Below are positions 1-9,376 of a stretch of 64,000 nt of DNA, piece by piece. The stretch comes from Terriglobia bacterium (GTDB lineage: Bacteria > Acidobacteriota > Terriglobia > 20CM-2-55-15), in contig CBDAOY010000009.1 of NCBI GenBank assembly GCA_965198225.1, positions 192,001-256,000 of the forward strand. Direction: 5' to 3'. Numbering within the stretch: the first letter of the stretch is position 1; every line of letters begins with the position of its first letter. The translations under genes were made by a program, and so were the position numbers. The notes beneath the pieces are model-generated. The model did not search any database and was not told the DNA's origin. It was given only the letters and a program-made list of their open reading frames with translations.

Positions 1-1944
1 CTGGCTGATCGAGAAGCGCTCGTCGGGCTCGCGCAGTTCGTCGGCTTCGCCACCTTCGATGAACAGGCCTCCAGTGACGGGCGACGTGGCGTGTCCGATC
101 ATGTTCGAGTAGCTGATCGAAGAAGAAAGCCAACGCCAGCGAGGGAGATCGGCCCGAACCTCAGTGCCGGTGATTCTCGCCGTGTCAAAACTGATCGGAA
201 ACGATAAGCCGGTGTTGAGGAAGACATCGTCGTCCATGTAGTTCCGGAATGTCCGCCAATAGTGAACGATGTCGACGCGGAGGGCGTCGAAAAGCGGTTT
301 ACGCAGGCCAACTTCAAAAAAATTGCCGCGCGCGGCGGGAATCGGGACCGATTCGGTGACCGCATCAACGTCCAGTTCTCCTGCGGCGCTGCTCAGCAGG
401 AGGTTTTCTATAGGCGGCGGCTGGAAGATGCGGTCGTACGACGCACGGAGCTGCAGGTCGGCCTTGGGAATCCAGTAGCTCAAGCCAATCCGTGGGCTGA
501 TGGCGTCATCTTCGATCAGGAAGTCGTAGCTGTCATAGCGGACACCCAAGCTCGCCGCGAAATAACCCAGGCGGATGTGGTCCTGAAGAAAAAACGAAGC
601 CTCCCTACTCCTCCTGGTGTCGCGAAAGTCTACGTCGAAGTCGGGAAACTCATCGGTTGGGCCAAAGCGGAATTCCTCGCGCACGTCGCCGACTCGAAGA
701 TCGCCACCGAACTTCAGTGTATGGTGTTCACCCTCGATAGTAAGGTCTCCGATCAGAACGGACTCTCGGATGCCTCGGTCCTGCTCGACGCGTACCGGTG
801 TCGACTCTGGATTGCTCCAGAGTTGGGCGTTAAGATTTCGATGCATGAAGCGAACCGCGGCCAGCACTCTCTGCGAAATCACGCGCTGGTAGTGCAGCTG
901 TGTTGCGGTCTCGCCTGAAAACCGATCCTGACGCTGCGCCGCGTCCTGTTGCACGAGGTCGTTCGGCACCAGGAATCGGGTTTCGTTGGTCCGTAGATAG
1001 AACGACACTCGGTCCTGGTCGCTCAGATCCTGGTCGACACGGATGTTGAAGCCGCCGGCGGTGGCGTTGTTCGTAAAATTCTCGACCGATGGCGGGTCCA
1101 GGTACCGGTCCGTGTAACCACCGTGGCCACCGAGGGAGATCGAAGTATCCTGGGTTCGGAACTGGTGCCGGATCGACCCGGCACGGTTGTCAAAGCTGCC
1201 GATCTGGGAATCGAACGCGGTGCTGTGACCGGGGGTGCCGGCCCGGTGCGTGTCGAGCGCGATGACCCCGCCCAGACGTCGGCCGTACTCGGCCGGCATG
1301 CCGGCGGTCATCACGCTCACAGCTTCGAACTCGCTGGTCTCGAAGGCAGGTGCAAACCCGATCGACCGGTTGTCGTAGACGGGCATCCCGTCGACGACGT
1401 ACTGCGTGTCGTATTCCGATCCCCTCGGATGGAGAACCGCATTGGCCTCCAGCAACCAGCCCGGCAACGTCGTCACGACGTCCACGGCACTACGGCCGAG
1501 GGATGTTGCGGGGATTTCATCCAACTGCTGGCGGCCGACCCGCATTACGGCTGCGGGTTGTGTGATGTCCAAAAGAGGTGGATTGTCGGTCACTGTGATC
1601 GCAGTGGTGCCCCCGGCTACTTCGAGCGTTACCGTAATCTCGCGGGGAACGGCCGAGCGAACTTCAACAGTGGTACTGATTTCGTCAAATCCGCTTTGAC
1701 GAACGGTGAGGCTATAGACACCGAGTGGAACGCGCACGAGCCGCGCGCGACCCTCCGAGTCCGCCCGAATCGTTGCTTCAAATTGTGGATTCCGGCCCGT
1801 CAGCTGAACTTCAGCCGGTACCGCCAGCTCGTCCGGGTCGCGGACCACGACCCGTATTTCGCCCTGCATGACCTGAGCGATCGCGACGTTCGAACAGAAC
1901 AGTACGATCGCGAATAAGCCGTGCCAGCGGCCAAGTCCTTCCAT
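1..1944 (-). CDS. TonB-dependent receptor with N-terminal carboxypeptidase-regulatory-like domain (3' end runs off window)
   Basis: Manual minus-strand translation from ATG 1944: signal peptide MEGLGRWHGLFAIVLFCSNVAIAQ, prealbumin-like domain (LVRVPLGVYSLTVRQSGF), plug motif TLPGWLLEANAVLHPRGSEYDTQYVVDGMP. Absent from the ORF track because the frame is open at the window edge. Confidence 0.85.
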   Translation of the reverse strand, partial: MEGLGRWHGLFAIVLFCSNVAIAQVMQGEIRVVVRDPDELAVPAEVQLTGRNPQFEATIRADSEGRARLVRVPLGVYSLTVRQSGFDEISTTVEVRSAVPREITVTLEVAGGTTAITVTDNPPLLDITQPAAVMRVGRQQLDEIPATSLGRSAVDVVTTLPGWLLEANAVLHPRGSEYDTQYVVDGMPVYDNRSIGFAPAFETSEFEAVSVMTAGMPAEYGRRLGGVIALDTHRAGTPGHSTAFDSQIGSFDNRAGSIRHQFRTQDTSISLGGHGGYTDRYLDPPSVENFTNNATAGGFNIRVDQDLSDQDRVSFYLRTNETRFLVPNDLVQQDAAQRQDRFSGETATQLHYQRVISQRVLAAVRFMHRNLNAQLWSNPESTPVRVEQDRGIRESVLIGDLTIEGEHHTLKFGGDLRVGDVREEFRFGPTDEFPDFDVDFRDTRRSREASFFLQDHIRLGYFAASLGVRYDSYDFLIEDDAISPRIGLSYWIPKADLQLRASYDRIFQPPPIENLLLSSAAGELDVDAVTESVPIPAARGNFFEVGLRKPLFDALRVDIVHYWRTFRNYMDDDVFLNTGLSFPISFDTARITGTEVRADLPRWRWLSSSISYSNMIGHATSPVTGGLFIEGGEADELREPDERFSISQ

Positions 1945-2074
1945 CGTGAGGATGCCTCTACTCTCGAACCGAGATCAGAGTGGCGCCAAAGAGCCGCTCT
2001 TCGGCCTGAACCTTACACCAATACCTTCCACGGCGTGAGCGATAAGAAGACGGTCTACCGCCTCTACTTAAACT

Positions 2075-2118
2075 CCCCTCCTCAGATGAGGAGGGGTGGC
2101 GCGATGCGCCGGGGTGGT
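2075..2118. repeat. REP-like palindrome (CCCCTCCTC...GAGGAGGGG-type)
   Basis: cccctcctc-agat-gaggagggg hairpin followed by tggcgcgatgcgccggggtggt, in a divergent intergenic region. Confidence 0.55.
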
Positions 2119-2349
2119 GCTGAAGTTGAGGCAGCCCGAAAAGGCGGCTGCGGCACCGGCCGGCGACTGGAAAGGAGGAGAGTTCAATTCAGCTTACTTC
2201 TCAATCGAATTCGTCTCCCCGCCACCTTCGTTGACCCCAACCCGTTCCTGCCATAGTATTTATCAAGTTTTTCCGCAATATCAGTACAGCCAGGACAATC
2301 AGGGACTGGAGCGGCCATATCTCCGGGATCGTCTTGACGGGAGGGCAGG

Positions 2350-4425
2350 GTGAAAGTTCAGTACATGATCGCGGCCCTATTCGGCGCGCTGTTGACCTTC
2401 AGCGCAACGGAGAGTCCAAGTTTCGCAGTTGCCTCCCAACCGCAGGAGCCGTTTCCGTCGGTCTACAGCGCCGAGCAGGCGACGAGCGGCCGCGGCGTGT
2501 ACGGACAGCATTGTGCCGTCTGCCACGGAGCGAATCTCCACGACGGCACGGCGCCCCCGCTGGCCGGCCCCCAATTCAATGCCGCCTGGAGCGCTGACCG
2601 CACGCTCTACGATCTTCTCTATCTCACAAGAACGACCATGCCCGCGGGAGCCGGCAACAGCCTGTCGACCCAACAGTACGTCGACGTGGTGGCCTTTATC
2701 CTTCAGCAGAACGGGTATCCTTCCGGCGATCTGGTCCTGACCGACAACCCCGACCTTCTGGGAACGATCCGAATCGAATCGGGCCTGGCCACCGAAAGCA
2801 CCTCGGCCCAGCGAGGCGTTGCTTTCATCGAGGGCGAAGACGGCATGGCGCCCAGCACGAATCGACCGGCTCCGGGAGAACTCGAGGGAGCGAGCGACAA
2901 CAATCGCGACTGGTTGTTCCACACGCACGACTACACAGGCAGACGCTATTCCTCCCTCTCCGAGATCAACACCGGCAACGTATCCGAACTACGGCCCGTC
3001 TGCCTCTATCAATTCAACGAACAGAGCAGTTTCCAGACCGGTCCCATCGTCTACGATGGCGTGATGTACATGACCACGGCCCACCAGACCGTTGCGCTGA
3101 ATGCGGCCGATTGTCGGCCGATATGGAAGCACGTCTGGGAACCGCAGGATCAGGAAGTCTGGTTGAATAACAGGGGCGTCGCGATACATGACGGGCGTGT
3201 TGTGCGCGGCACATCGGATGGATACCTGTTTGCTCTGGACTCGATGAACGGAAGGCTGCTCTGGGCTCGAAAGGTTGCCGATCCGAGCGTCGGCGAAACG
3301 TTTACGATGGCACCGATGATCTTTGAGGACCTGGTGCTCATCGGTCCGGCCGGTAGCGAAAACGCCATATCGGGATGGGTCGGCGCGTTTCGGCTGGCCG
3401 ACGGCACGCCCGTATGGCGTTTCAACACCGTTCCTGGGGCCCGCGAACCGGGCGATGACACGTGGGGCAACCCCGCGAACATCGTCCTGGGTGGCGGAGC
3501 GACCTGGACTCCGTTTTCCATGGATCTGGAGCGCGAGGAACTCTATGTCGCCGTCACCAACCCCGCCCCCGATCTTCCGGCCGACCTGAGACCCGGGTCG
3601 AATCTCTACACCAATTCGATCGTGGCGCTCGATGTCCGTTCCGGCGAACTCCGCTGGTACGAGCAGATGGTTCCCAACGACGATCATGATTGGGATCTGA
3701 CGCAGGTCAGCCCGGTTTTCACTACCGAGATCGATGGACGGCAGCGCAACCTGGTTGCGACGGTGGGCAAGGACGGGATACTGCGCGGTGTGGACCGCGA
3801 CACCTATGAAAGAGTCTACGAGACGGCCGTCACGACTATAGAAAACGTGGAGGCGCCCGTGACGACGGAGGGTGTCCGCGCCTGCCCGGGTGTTCTAGGC
3901 GGCGTTGAATGGAACGGTCCCGCCTTACACCCCGCGACGAACACTCTTTTTGTCCCGGCGGTCGACTGGTGCAGCACGTTTACCCGGGCTGAGGAGGTCC
4001 GTTACATCGAGGGAGAGCTCTTCATGGGGGGCACTATCGAAATGGACGGCCTCGAGGTGCTGAGCATGGAAAGCGGTGCCGACAACATGTCGGCGCAATC
4101 CCAGGGTTGGCTGACCGCCGTCGATGCCGCCGCCGGTGAGGTTCGCTGGAGATACCGTTCCGAACGTCCCATGGTCGCGGCCGTGACAACAACGGGCGGG
4201 GGACTCGTGCTCACGGGAGAGCTGACTGGAGATTTCTTAGTTCTGGAAGCCGTAGGCGGTGAGGTCTTATATCGGTTCAACACCGGCGGCCCGATCGGCG
4301 GCGGTATCGTGACCTACCAGGTGGATGGTAAACAATACATCGCCGTGATGTCGGGCAGTCCGTCGCCATTCTGGGTCGATGAACATCCCGGCTCTCCGAC
4401 CGCTCTGATCTTTGCTTTGCCATGA
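2350..4425 (+). CDS. Cytochrome c-fused PQQ-dependent dehydrogenase (methanol/ethanol family-like)
   Basis: Signal peptide, CAVCH heme motif, then PQQ propeller with GRRYSSLSEIN, NRGVA, GGGATW, NLYTNSIVALD, DDHDWD, CPGVLGGVEW. Confidence 0.9.
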   Translation: MKVQYMIAALFGALLTFSATESPSFAVASQPQEPFPSVYSAEQATSGRGVYGQHCAVCHGANLHDGTAPPLAGPQFNAAWSADRTLYDLLYLTRTTMPAGAGNSLSTQQYVDVVAFILQQNGYPSGDLVLTDNPDLLGTIRIESGLATESTSAQRGVAFIEGEDGMAPSTNRPAPGELEGASDNNRDWLFHTHDYTGRRYSSLSEINTGNVSELRPVCLYQFNEQSSFQTGPIVYDGVMYMTTAHQTVALNAADCRPIWKHVWEPQDQEVWLNNRGVAIHDGRVVRGTSDGYLFALDSMNGRLLWARKVADPSVGETFTMAPMIFEDLVLIGPAGSENAISGWVGAFRLADGTPVWRFNTVPGAREPGDDTWGNPANIVLGGGATWTPFSMDLEREELYVAVTNPAPDLPADLRPGSNLYTNSIVALDVRSGELRWYEQMVPNDDHDWDLTQVSPVFTTEIDGRQRNLVATVGKDGILRGVDRDTYERVYETAVTTIENVEAPVTTEGVRACPGVLGGVEWNGPALHPATNTLFVPAVDWCSTFTRAEEVRYIEGELFMGGTIEMDGLEVLSMESGADNMSAQSQGWLTAVDAAAGEVRWRYRSERPMVAAVTTTGGGLVLTGELTGDFLVLEAVGGEVLYRFNTGGPIGGGIVTYQVDGKQYIAVMSGSPSPFWVDEHPGSPTALIFALP

Positions 4426-4453
4426 TCGAGGAACAGGTGAGGGTGCGTAGGCA

Positions 4454-4699
4454 TCATCCCGCCTCGGCGGACAGAGCATCCGTCGACTCGGAGTCAATCG
4501 GAGTGAAAAATCCCTTCTCGGGGCACTGGAGCAGCCAATCGACCAAGCCCTCATTCGGCGGAGCCACCCGTCGGATGAGCCGGTACGCCCCCCTATCGAG
4601 GCGCTCAACCTCAAATTCCTGGCCCGCCTCGATGTGGTCTTGCAGTCGAAGTTCTGCGGGCAACACGATCTGACCCTTTGAGGATACGGTCGTCTTCAT
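4454..4699 (-). CDS. AbrB/MazE/SpoVT family DNA-binding protein (antitoxin), no adjacent toxin
   Basis: MKTTVSSKGQIVLPAELR is the typical AbrB N-terminus. Confidence 0.85.
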   Translation of the reverse strand: MKTTVSSKGQIVLPAELRLQDHIEAGQEFEVERLDRGAYRLIRRVAPPNEGLVDWLLQCPEKGFFTPIDSESTDALSAEAG

Positions 4700-4914
4700 G
4701 ACATGTAAGATATCGCCTCACGCGTGGATTCGTAAACAAACCGGTTGGCGGAATTCCAGTTTGCCCAACCTGGACACGCTCTTGAGGAAGCCCCCCACTG
4801 TCGCAAATCAACCGAAACGAATCGCGACGGCTTCGGCCTTTCAACCAAACCGCCAATTCGCTTCGAAAACCCCAGGGTTTCGAATATCCTAACCGCCTAT
4901 CCAGAGGGACGATC

Positions 4915-5753
4915 ATGCGAAGAGCACTTTTTCTTCTGGCCGTGCTGTTCTATCTGGAAAGCCCGGCGTTCGCTACATGGTCCGTGATTGCTGTCGATAG
5001 GAGCACGCAGCGTGCCGTGATGGCGGCAGCGTCCTGTGTCGACACCACGGACGATCGGATGAAAGATGCGATTGCCGTCGTGGTGCCCGGCGTCGGGATT
5101 GCAGCGTGCCAGGCGGCAGCTGATGGTTCGGGTCGGAACCAGATGCTTGTCTTCGAAGAACTGAACAAAGGTACCGAGCCGCGGCAGATCATCGAGATGT
5201 TGAGCGCCGATCCTGCTTTCCAGTCGCGCCAGTTCGCGATCGTCGACATGGACGGCCAGGCCGCCGGGCATTCCGGACTCGGTAACGGCTTTGTGACGCA
5301 GTTCATGTACGGTCAGGTGCCGGGCACGGAGATCTTCTATGCGGTCCAGGGCAATACTCTCCGGATGCATGACGTCGTTCCCGCCGCCGTCGAGGCGTTC
5401 ATCGAAACGGACGGTTCGCTTGCGGACCGTGCATTGCGGACCGTGCAATGGCGGCTTTGGAAACGGGAGACCGCGCCGGTGGCGACAGCCGCTGCACGTG
5501 CCCCCCGACTCCGGCAGACGGCAGCGAGCCGCCAATCCCCTGCGATGCCAAGACATCCCATGTCGCGTACGTTCTGATGGCCGAACCAACCGACACCAAC
5601 GGTGAGTCGTACAACGACGGCGACTACGCGATGTACATCACCGTCTCACAGCCTTCACCGGACCACCCGCAAGGCATCAGGGCAGGTGAGGATCTCAATC
5701 CGGTGAAGACGCTGCGGATGCGCTACGATGCGTGGCGCAGTTCGGGGCCGTGA
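4915..5753 (+). pseudogene. DUF1028 (Ntn-hydrolase-like) secreted protein, frameshifted by a 14-bp tandem duplication
   Basis: ATWSVIAVD, YAVQGN motifs, then MAALETGDRAGGDSRC in another frame; ttgcggaccgtgca duplicated at 5420-5447. Confidence 0.85.
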
Positions 5754-5836
5754 TCGAAGATCGGCCGCAACACCACCAGGCAGGACGATGTCCCACAACG
5801 AGAGACGCGACTGATCAGAGATAACCCCCGAACCCG

Positions 5837-7111
5837 ATGACCGCCGGCCCACGAACCAGCGCCGAAGATCTTGCCGAGGACCTGCGCGAAGCGCGCGGGC
5901 GGGAGCTGACGCTTTTCACCGACCTTTCCGATGCGCAACTGCTCGGCCCGCAGGACCACTTCATCGAACCTCCGATCTGGGAAGTCGGACACGTCGGTTG
6001 GTTTCAGGAGTACTGGATCCTCCGGCGACTCGCAGGGGCGAGACCGCTCCTCGAAAATGGGGACAGCATTTACGATTCGTTCAATGTGTCGTACAAACTT
6101 CGCTGGGATCACGATTTTCTGGCGCGGGACCAGACACTGGACTACCTGCAGACCGTCCTCGATCGCTCGATCGAACGGCTGGAGCAGGGTGAGCCGAACG
6201 ACGAGGAGAAGTACTTCTACTGGCTGGTCAGCCAGCACGAATACATGCACTCGGAGAACCTCTGCATGGTGCGGCAGACCCTGGGATACCCGAGGCCGAG
6301 GTTCGAGGAGGCGGAAGTTTCGCCGGATCCGAACTTCGCGCCGGCGGACGTTGAGATTCCTGGCGGGAACTGTTCCCTGGGTGCTCCGATGGATGGCTCC
6401 TTCGTTTTCGACAACGAAAAGTGGGCGCACGACGTCGAAATTGCGTCGTTCCGCATCGCCAACGCGCCGGTGACGAACGCGGCGTTCCTCGAGTTCGTGA
6501 AGGAGGGGGGATACGGAACGAGGAGATTCTGGGGGAAGCACGGCTGGGAGTGGCGTCGGCGGGAAGGCGCAAGCCATCCGCTGTTCTGGCTCGAGACCGG
6601 CGGAGGTTGGATGCAGCAGCACTTCGACTTCCAGATTCCGCTGAGCCCGGAGAGCCCAGTGGTTCACGTCAACTGGTATGAGGCCCGGGCGTACTGCAAA
6701 TGGGCCGGTCGCCGGCTTCCGACGGAGGCGGAGTGGGAGCTGGCGGCTTCGGGCCCGGAGAAGCGCCTCTTCCCCTGGGGAGACGAACTTCCGACCCCGG
6801 AACGGGCCAACCTGGACTGGAGTCACGTCGGGGTTGTCGACGTGAGTGCCTATCCGGAAGGCGACAGCGTCTTCGGTTGCCGCCAGATGATCGGCAACAT
6901 CTGGGAGTGGACCGACAGCTACCTGGAGCCCTATCCGGGCTTTACCCCTGATCCTTACCAGGAATACTCCCAGCCGTACTTCGGACAGAAGCCGGTCCTG
7001 CGGGGCGGGGGATTCGCGTCGCGGTCGAAGATGGTTCGCAACACGTGGCGGAACTTTTTCATGCGGCACCGTCGCAACATCGTAGCCGGATTCCGGACCT
7101 GTGCCCTTTGA
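5837..7111 (+). CDS. EgtB/SenA-family non-heme iron sulfoxide/selenoxide synthase (DinB + FGE-sulfatase domains)
   Basis: PPIWEVGHVGWFQEYW, HEYMHSE (HxxxHxE) metal motif, DNEKWAH, RLPTEAEWE, GNIWEWT, AGFRTCA. Confidence 0.85.
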   Translation: MTAGPRTSAEDLAEDLREARGRELTLFTDLSDAQLLGPQDHFIEPPIWEVGHVGWFQEYWILRRLAGARPLLENGDSIYDSFNVSYKLRWDHDFLARDQTLDYLQTVLDRSIERLEQGEPNDEEKYFYWLVSQHEYMHSENLCMVRQTLGYPRPRFEEAEVSPDPNFAPADVEIPGGNCSLGAPMDGSFVFDNEKWAHDVEIASFRIANAPVTNAAFLEFVKEGGYGTRRFWGKHGWEWRRREGASHPLFWLETGGGWMQQHFDFQIPLSPESPVVHVNWYEARAYCKWAGRRLPTEAEWELAASGPEKRLFPWGDELPTPERANLDWSHVGVVDVSAYPEGDSVFGCRQMIGNIWEWTDSYLEPYPGFTPDPYQEYSQPYFGQKPVLRGGGFASRSKMVRNTWRNFFMRHRRNIVAGFRTCAL

Positions 7112-7650
7112 GGTACCGAGGCGAACTTCTCGTTCGGCGGCGGGGCGACTTCAACGGGCGGAGGGTCGATTCCGTAGTCGATGAACTTGCGTATCTGCTC
7201 CGTCATCTTTTCGAATTCTTTCGAACGTTTTTCGAGGTCTTTGACCGCCCAGCCTTCAGACATGGGAGAGTACGCGCAAGCCTGCAGTTCCACGGCGACT
7301 CGTCGAAACTTGTTATCCACGTCCTTCAGGAAACTGTCCAAGCGCATCTTTCGATTGTAGTGCTCCCGTGCCTCCTTCAGGTCGCGAGGATCGGTGAAGA
7401 TGCCTTCCAGGAAGGCATCTTCCGCCCGCCGGCCGATTCCCTCCGCTTCTGGCCAAAGACGCGCGTTGTCTTCGGCCTCTTCCTTTCGGCGCTCCGCTTC
7501 TTCTCGCCGCTCCCTCTCGCCTTCGGTTTCTTCGGGAACGTCCATCTTTCCCAGTTTCCGCTTCTGCTCTCCCTCGCTTTGCGCGTAGGTCGGTACCGGA
7601 AGAAGAGAAAGAACGATGCCTAGAATGAAGTATCGGATCAGAGTCTTCAT
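6955..7650 (-). CDS. Hypothetical secreted coiled-coil protein; C-terminus probably truncated and reading into the convergent gene
   Basis: Signal peptide MKTLIRYFILGIVLSLLPVPTYAQ and charged helical body; 157-bp antisense overlap with the EgtB/SenA gene. Confidence 0.55.
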   Translation of the reverse strand: MKTLIRYFILGIVLSLLPVPTYAQSEGEQKRKLGKMDVPEETEGERERREEAERRKEEAEDNARLWPEAEGIGRRAEDAFLEGIFTDPRDLKEAREHYNRKMRLDSFLKDVDNKFRRVAVELQACAYSPMSEGWAVKDLEKRSKEFEKMTEQIRKFIDYGIDPPPVEVAPPPNEKFASVPQRAQVRNPATMLRRCRMKKFRHVLRTIFDRDANPPPRRTGFCPKYGWEYSW

Positions 7651-7771
7651 GGTTTTGTCCCGGATTCCTATAACTATCCTGCGACCGGGCAGCGGCACCA
7701 TCAAGAGAAAACAGGGTGGGTGAGCCATGGCGGGGGATTCGATTACCCGAGTTGGCGGACATCGGTCGACC

Positions 7772-8599
7772 CTACTTGATCAGCTCCCTCTCCAACCGCT
7801 TCATCGCGATCACGAAAGCCACGGAGCCGATCGACAACAGGTAGGCGACGTGGACCACGACGCCCGGCACAACCCGGCCGGTCGTCAGCTGCCTGAGCAG
7901 CTCTACTCCGTGATAGAGCGGGACGGCCTGGACCAACCATTGTGCGAACCCAGGTAGCTGAGTGACCGGAAAAAAGGTGCCGCTGAACAGGAACATCGGC
8001 ATCACGAGCAGGCCCATCACGATGTCGAAATCCTCGACCCTTCGCACAAAGCTCGTGATGCAGAGCGCGATGGCCGCGAAAGTAGCCGAAACCAGCACCG
8101 AGCCGGGCAAGGCGAGTATCGCCCAGGCTGAGGGCAGCATCCGGGGCCCGATCGTCTGTCCCATCAATAGAACCACCAAGAGGAAGGCGGCCGCGTAGAT
8201 CGAGCCCCGCGTCAGCGCCCAGAGCATTTCGCCGAACGCGATATCGGGAACGCGCATCGGCGTCGCCAGGATACCGTCGTAGGTTCTCTTGTAGTACAGC
8301 TTGAAGAAGATGTTGAAGAAGCCGTCGCTGATCGCGCCGTTCATGCAACTCGCTGCCAGAAGGCCCGGCGCCACGAACGTGCTGTAAGGTATCCCGCCGA
8401 CCTCACCAATCATCGATCCCAATCCGAAGCCGATTCCCAGCAGGTAGAAGAGCGGCTCGAAAAACCCGGAAAACACGATCATCCACAGGTGCTTGTACAC
8501 GAGCAGGTTGCGCTGGATCATCCGGAATGATCGGCGCAGAGAGGGGATCGCCGGTGACGGGACACGGGTCCGACCCCAAGTGCTCGACGTCGTCCTCAC
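7772..8599 (-). CDS. ABC-2 type transporter permease (NodJ-like)
   Basis: FFEPLFYLLGIGFG, PMFLFSGTFFP; GTG start overlaps the upstream TGA. Confidence 0.9.
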   Translation of the reverse strand: MRTTSSTWGRTRVPSPAIPSLRRSFRMIQRNLLVYKHLWMIVFSGFFEPLFYLLGIGFGLGSMIGEVGGIPYSTFVAPGLLAASCMNGAISDGFFNIFFKLYYKRTYDGILATPMRVPDIAFGEMLWALTRGSIYAAAFLLVVLLMGQTIGPRMLPSAWAILALPGSVLVSATFAAIALCITSFVRRVEDFDIVMGLLVMPMFLFSGTFFPVTQLPGFAQWLVQAVPLYHGVELLRQLTTGRVVPGVVVHVAYLLSIGSVAFVIAMKRLERELIK

Positions 8600-9366
8600 G
8601 CGCGCAGCTTCCGGCGAAAGGCGGCGATCGCAGCGGCGACACCAATCGCCAACATGCCGAGCAGGTAGCCGACGTGGATGAGCCAAACCGGTGACTGGAT
8701 CGTGTTCAAGGTCAGGCCACGCACCAGCTCCACGCCGTGGAAGAGCGGGGTGAACCAGGCAAACTGCTGGAGCGCATCCGGTAAGCGCGTGATTGGGAAG
8801 AACACGCCTGAGAACAGGAAGAGCGGTGTGATGACGAAGCGGAACATCCCGTTAAAGCCGGCGCCGCTTCGGTTCACCGCGGCGTAGGCCATGACCGGCG
8901 CGCTGAAGGCCAGGCCGGTGAGCACGGCCGCCGGGATTGCGAGCAGCGCGATGGGCGAGCGGGGCACGCCGATGATGGTAAGGATGATCGTGAATGCAAT
9001 CGCGACAGTCAGGAGGCGCAGGGTCATCCATCCCAGCTCACCGACGACAAGGTCCACGATCCGCATGGGCGTGGCATGGATGGCCTCGTAGTTCCGGTAC
9101 CAGCTCATCTTGCCTGTGATCGGGAAGCTGGAGTCGAAGCTGGCGGTCTGCATGCACGCAGCCGCCAGGAGTCCCGGTCCCAGGAAGTGCAGAAAATCCA
9201 CGCCGCCCAGCATCGAGGTGTCGCCCCTGTTAACGAGCGCTCCGACGCCGAAGCCCATGGCCGTCAGGAACAGTGCCGGCTGGAGGAAGCTGAAGAAGAT
9301 CGAACCGCGCCAGACACGTCGATAGACGATGGCGTTGCGCTGGACCATGCGGAATGCGCCAATCAC
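8596..9366 (-). CDS. ABC-2 type transporter permease (NodJ-like)
   Basis: FLGPGLLAAACM, PLFLFSGVFFP, multiple TM segments. Confidence 0.9.
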   Translation of the reverse strand: MIGAFRMVQRNAIVYRRVWRGSIFFSFLQPALFLTAMGFGVGALVNRGDTSMLGGVDFLHFLGPGLLAAACMQTASFDSSFPITGKMSWYRNYEAIHATPMRIVDLVVGELGWMTLRLLTVAIAFTIILTIIGVPRSPIALLAIPAAVLTGLAFSAPVMAYAAVNRSGAGFNGMFRFVITPLFLFSGVFFPITRLPDALQQFAWFTPLFHGVELVRGLTLNTIQSPVWLIHVGYLLGMLAIGVAAAIAAFRRKLRA

Positions 9367-9376
9367 CTCTCAGCCC

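Noticed and set aside
262-1917. Long + strand ORFs (218 aa, 264 aa)
   Set aside because: Antisense shadows of the minus-strand TonB-dependent receptor.
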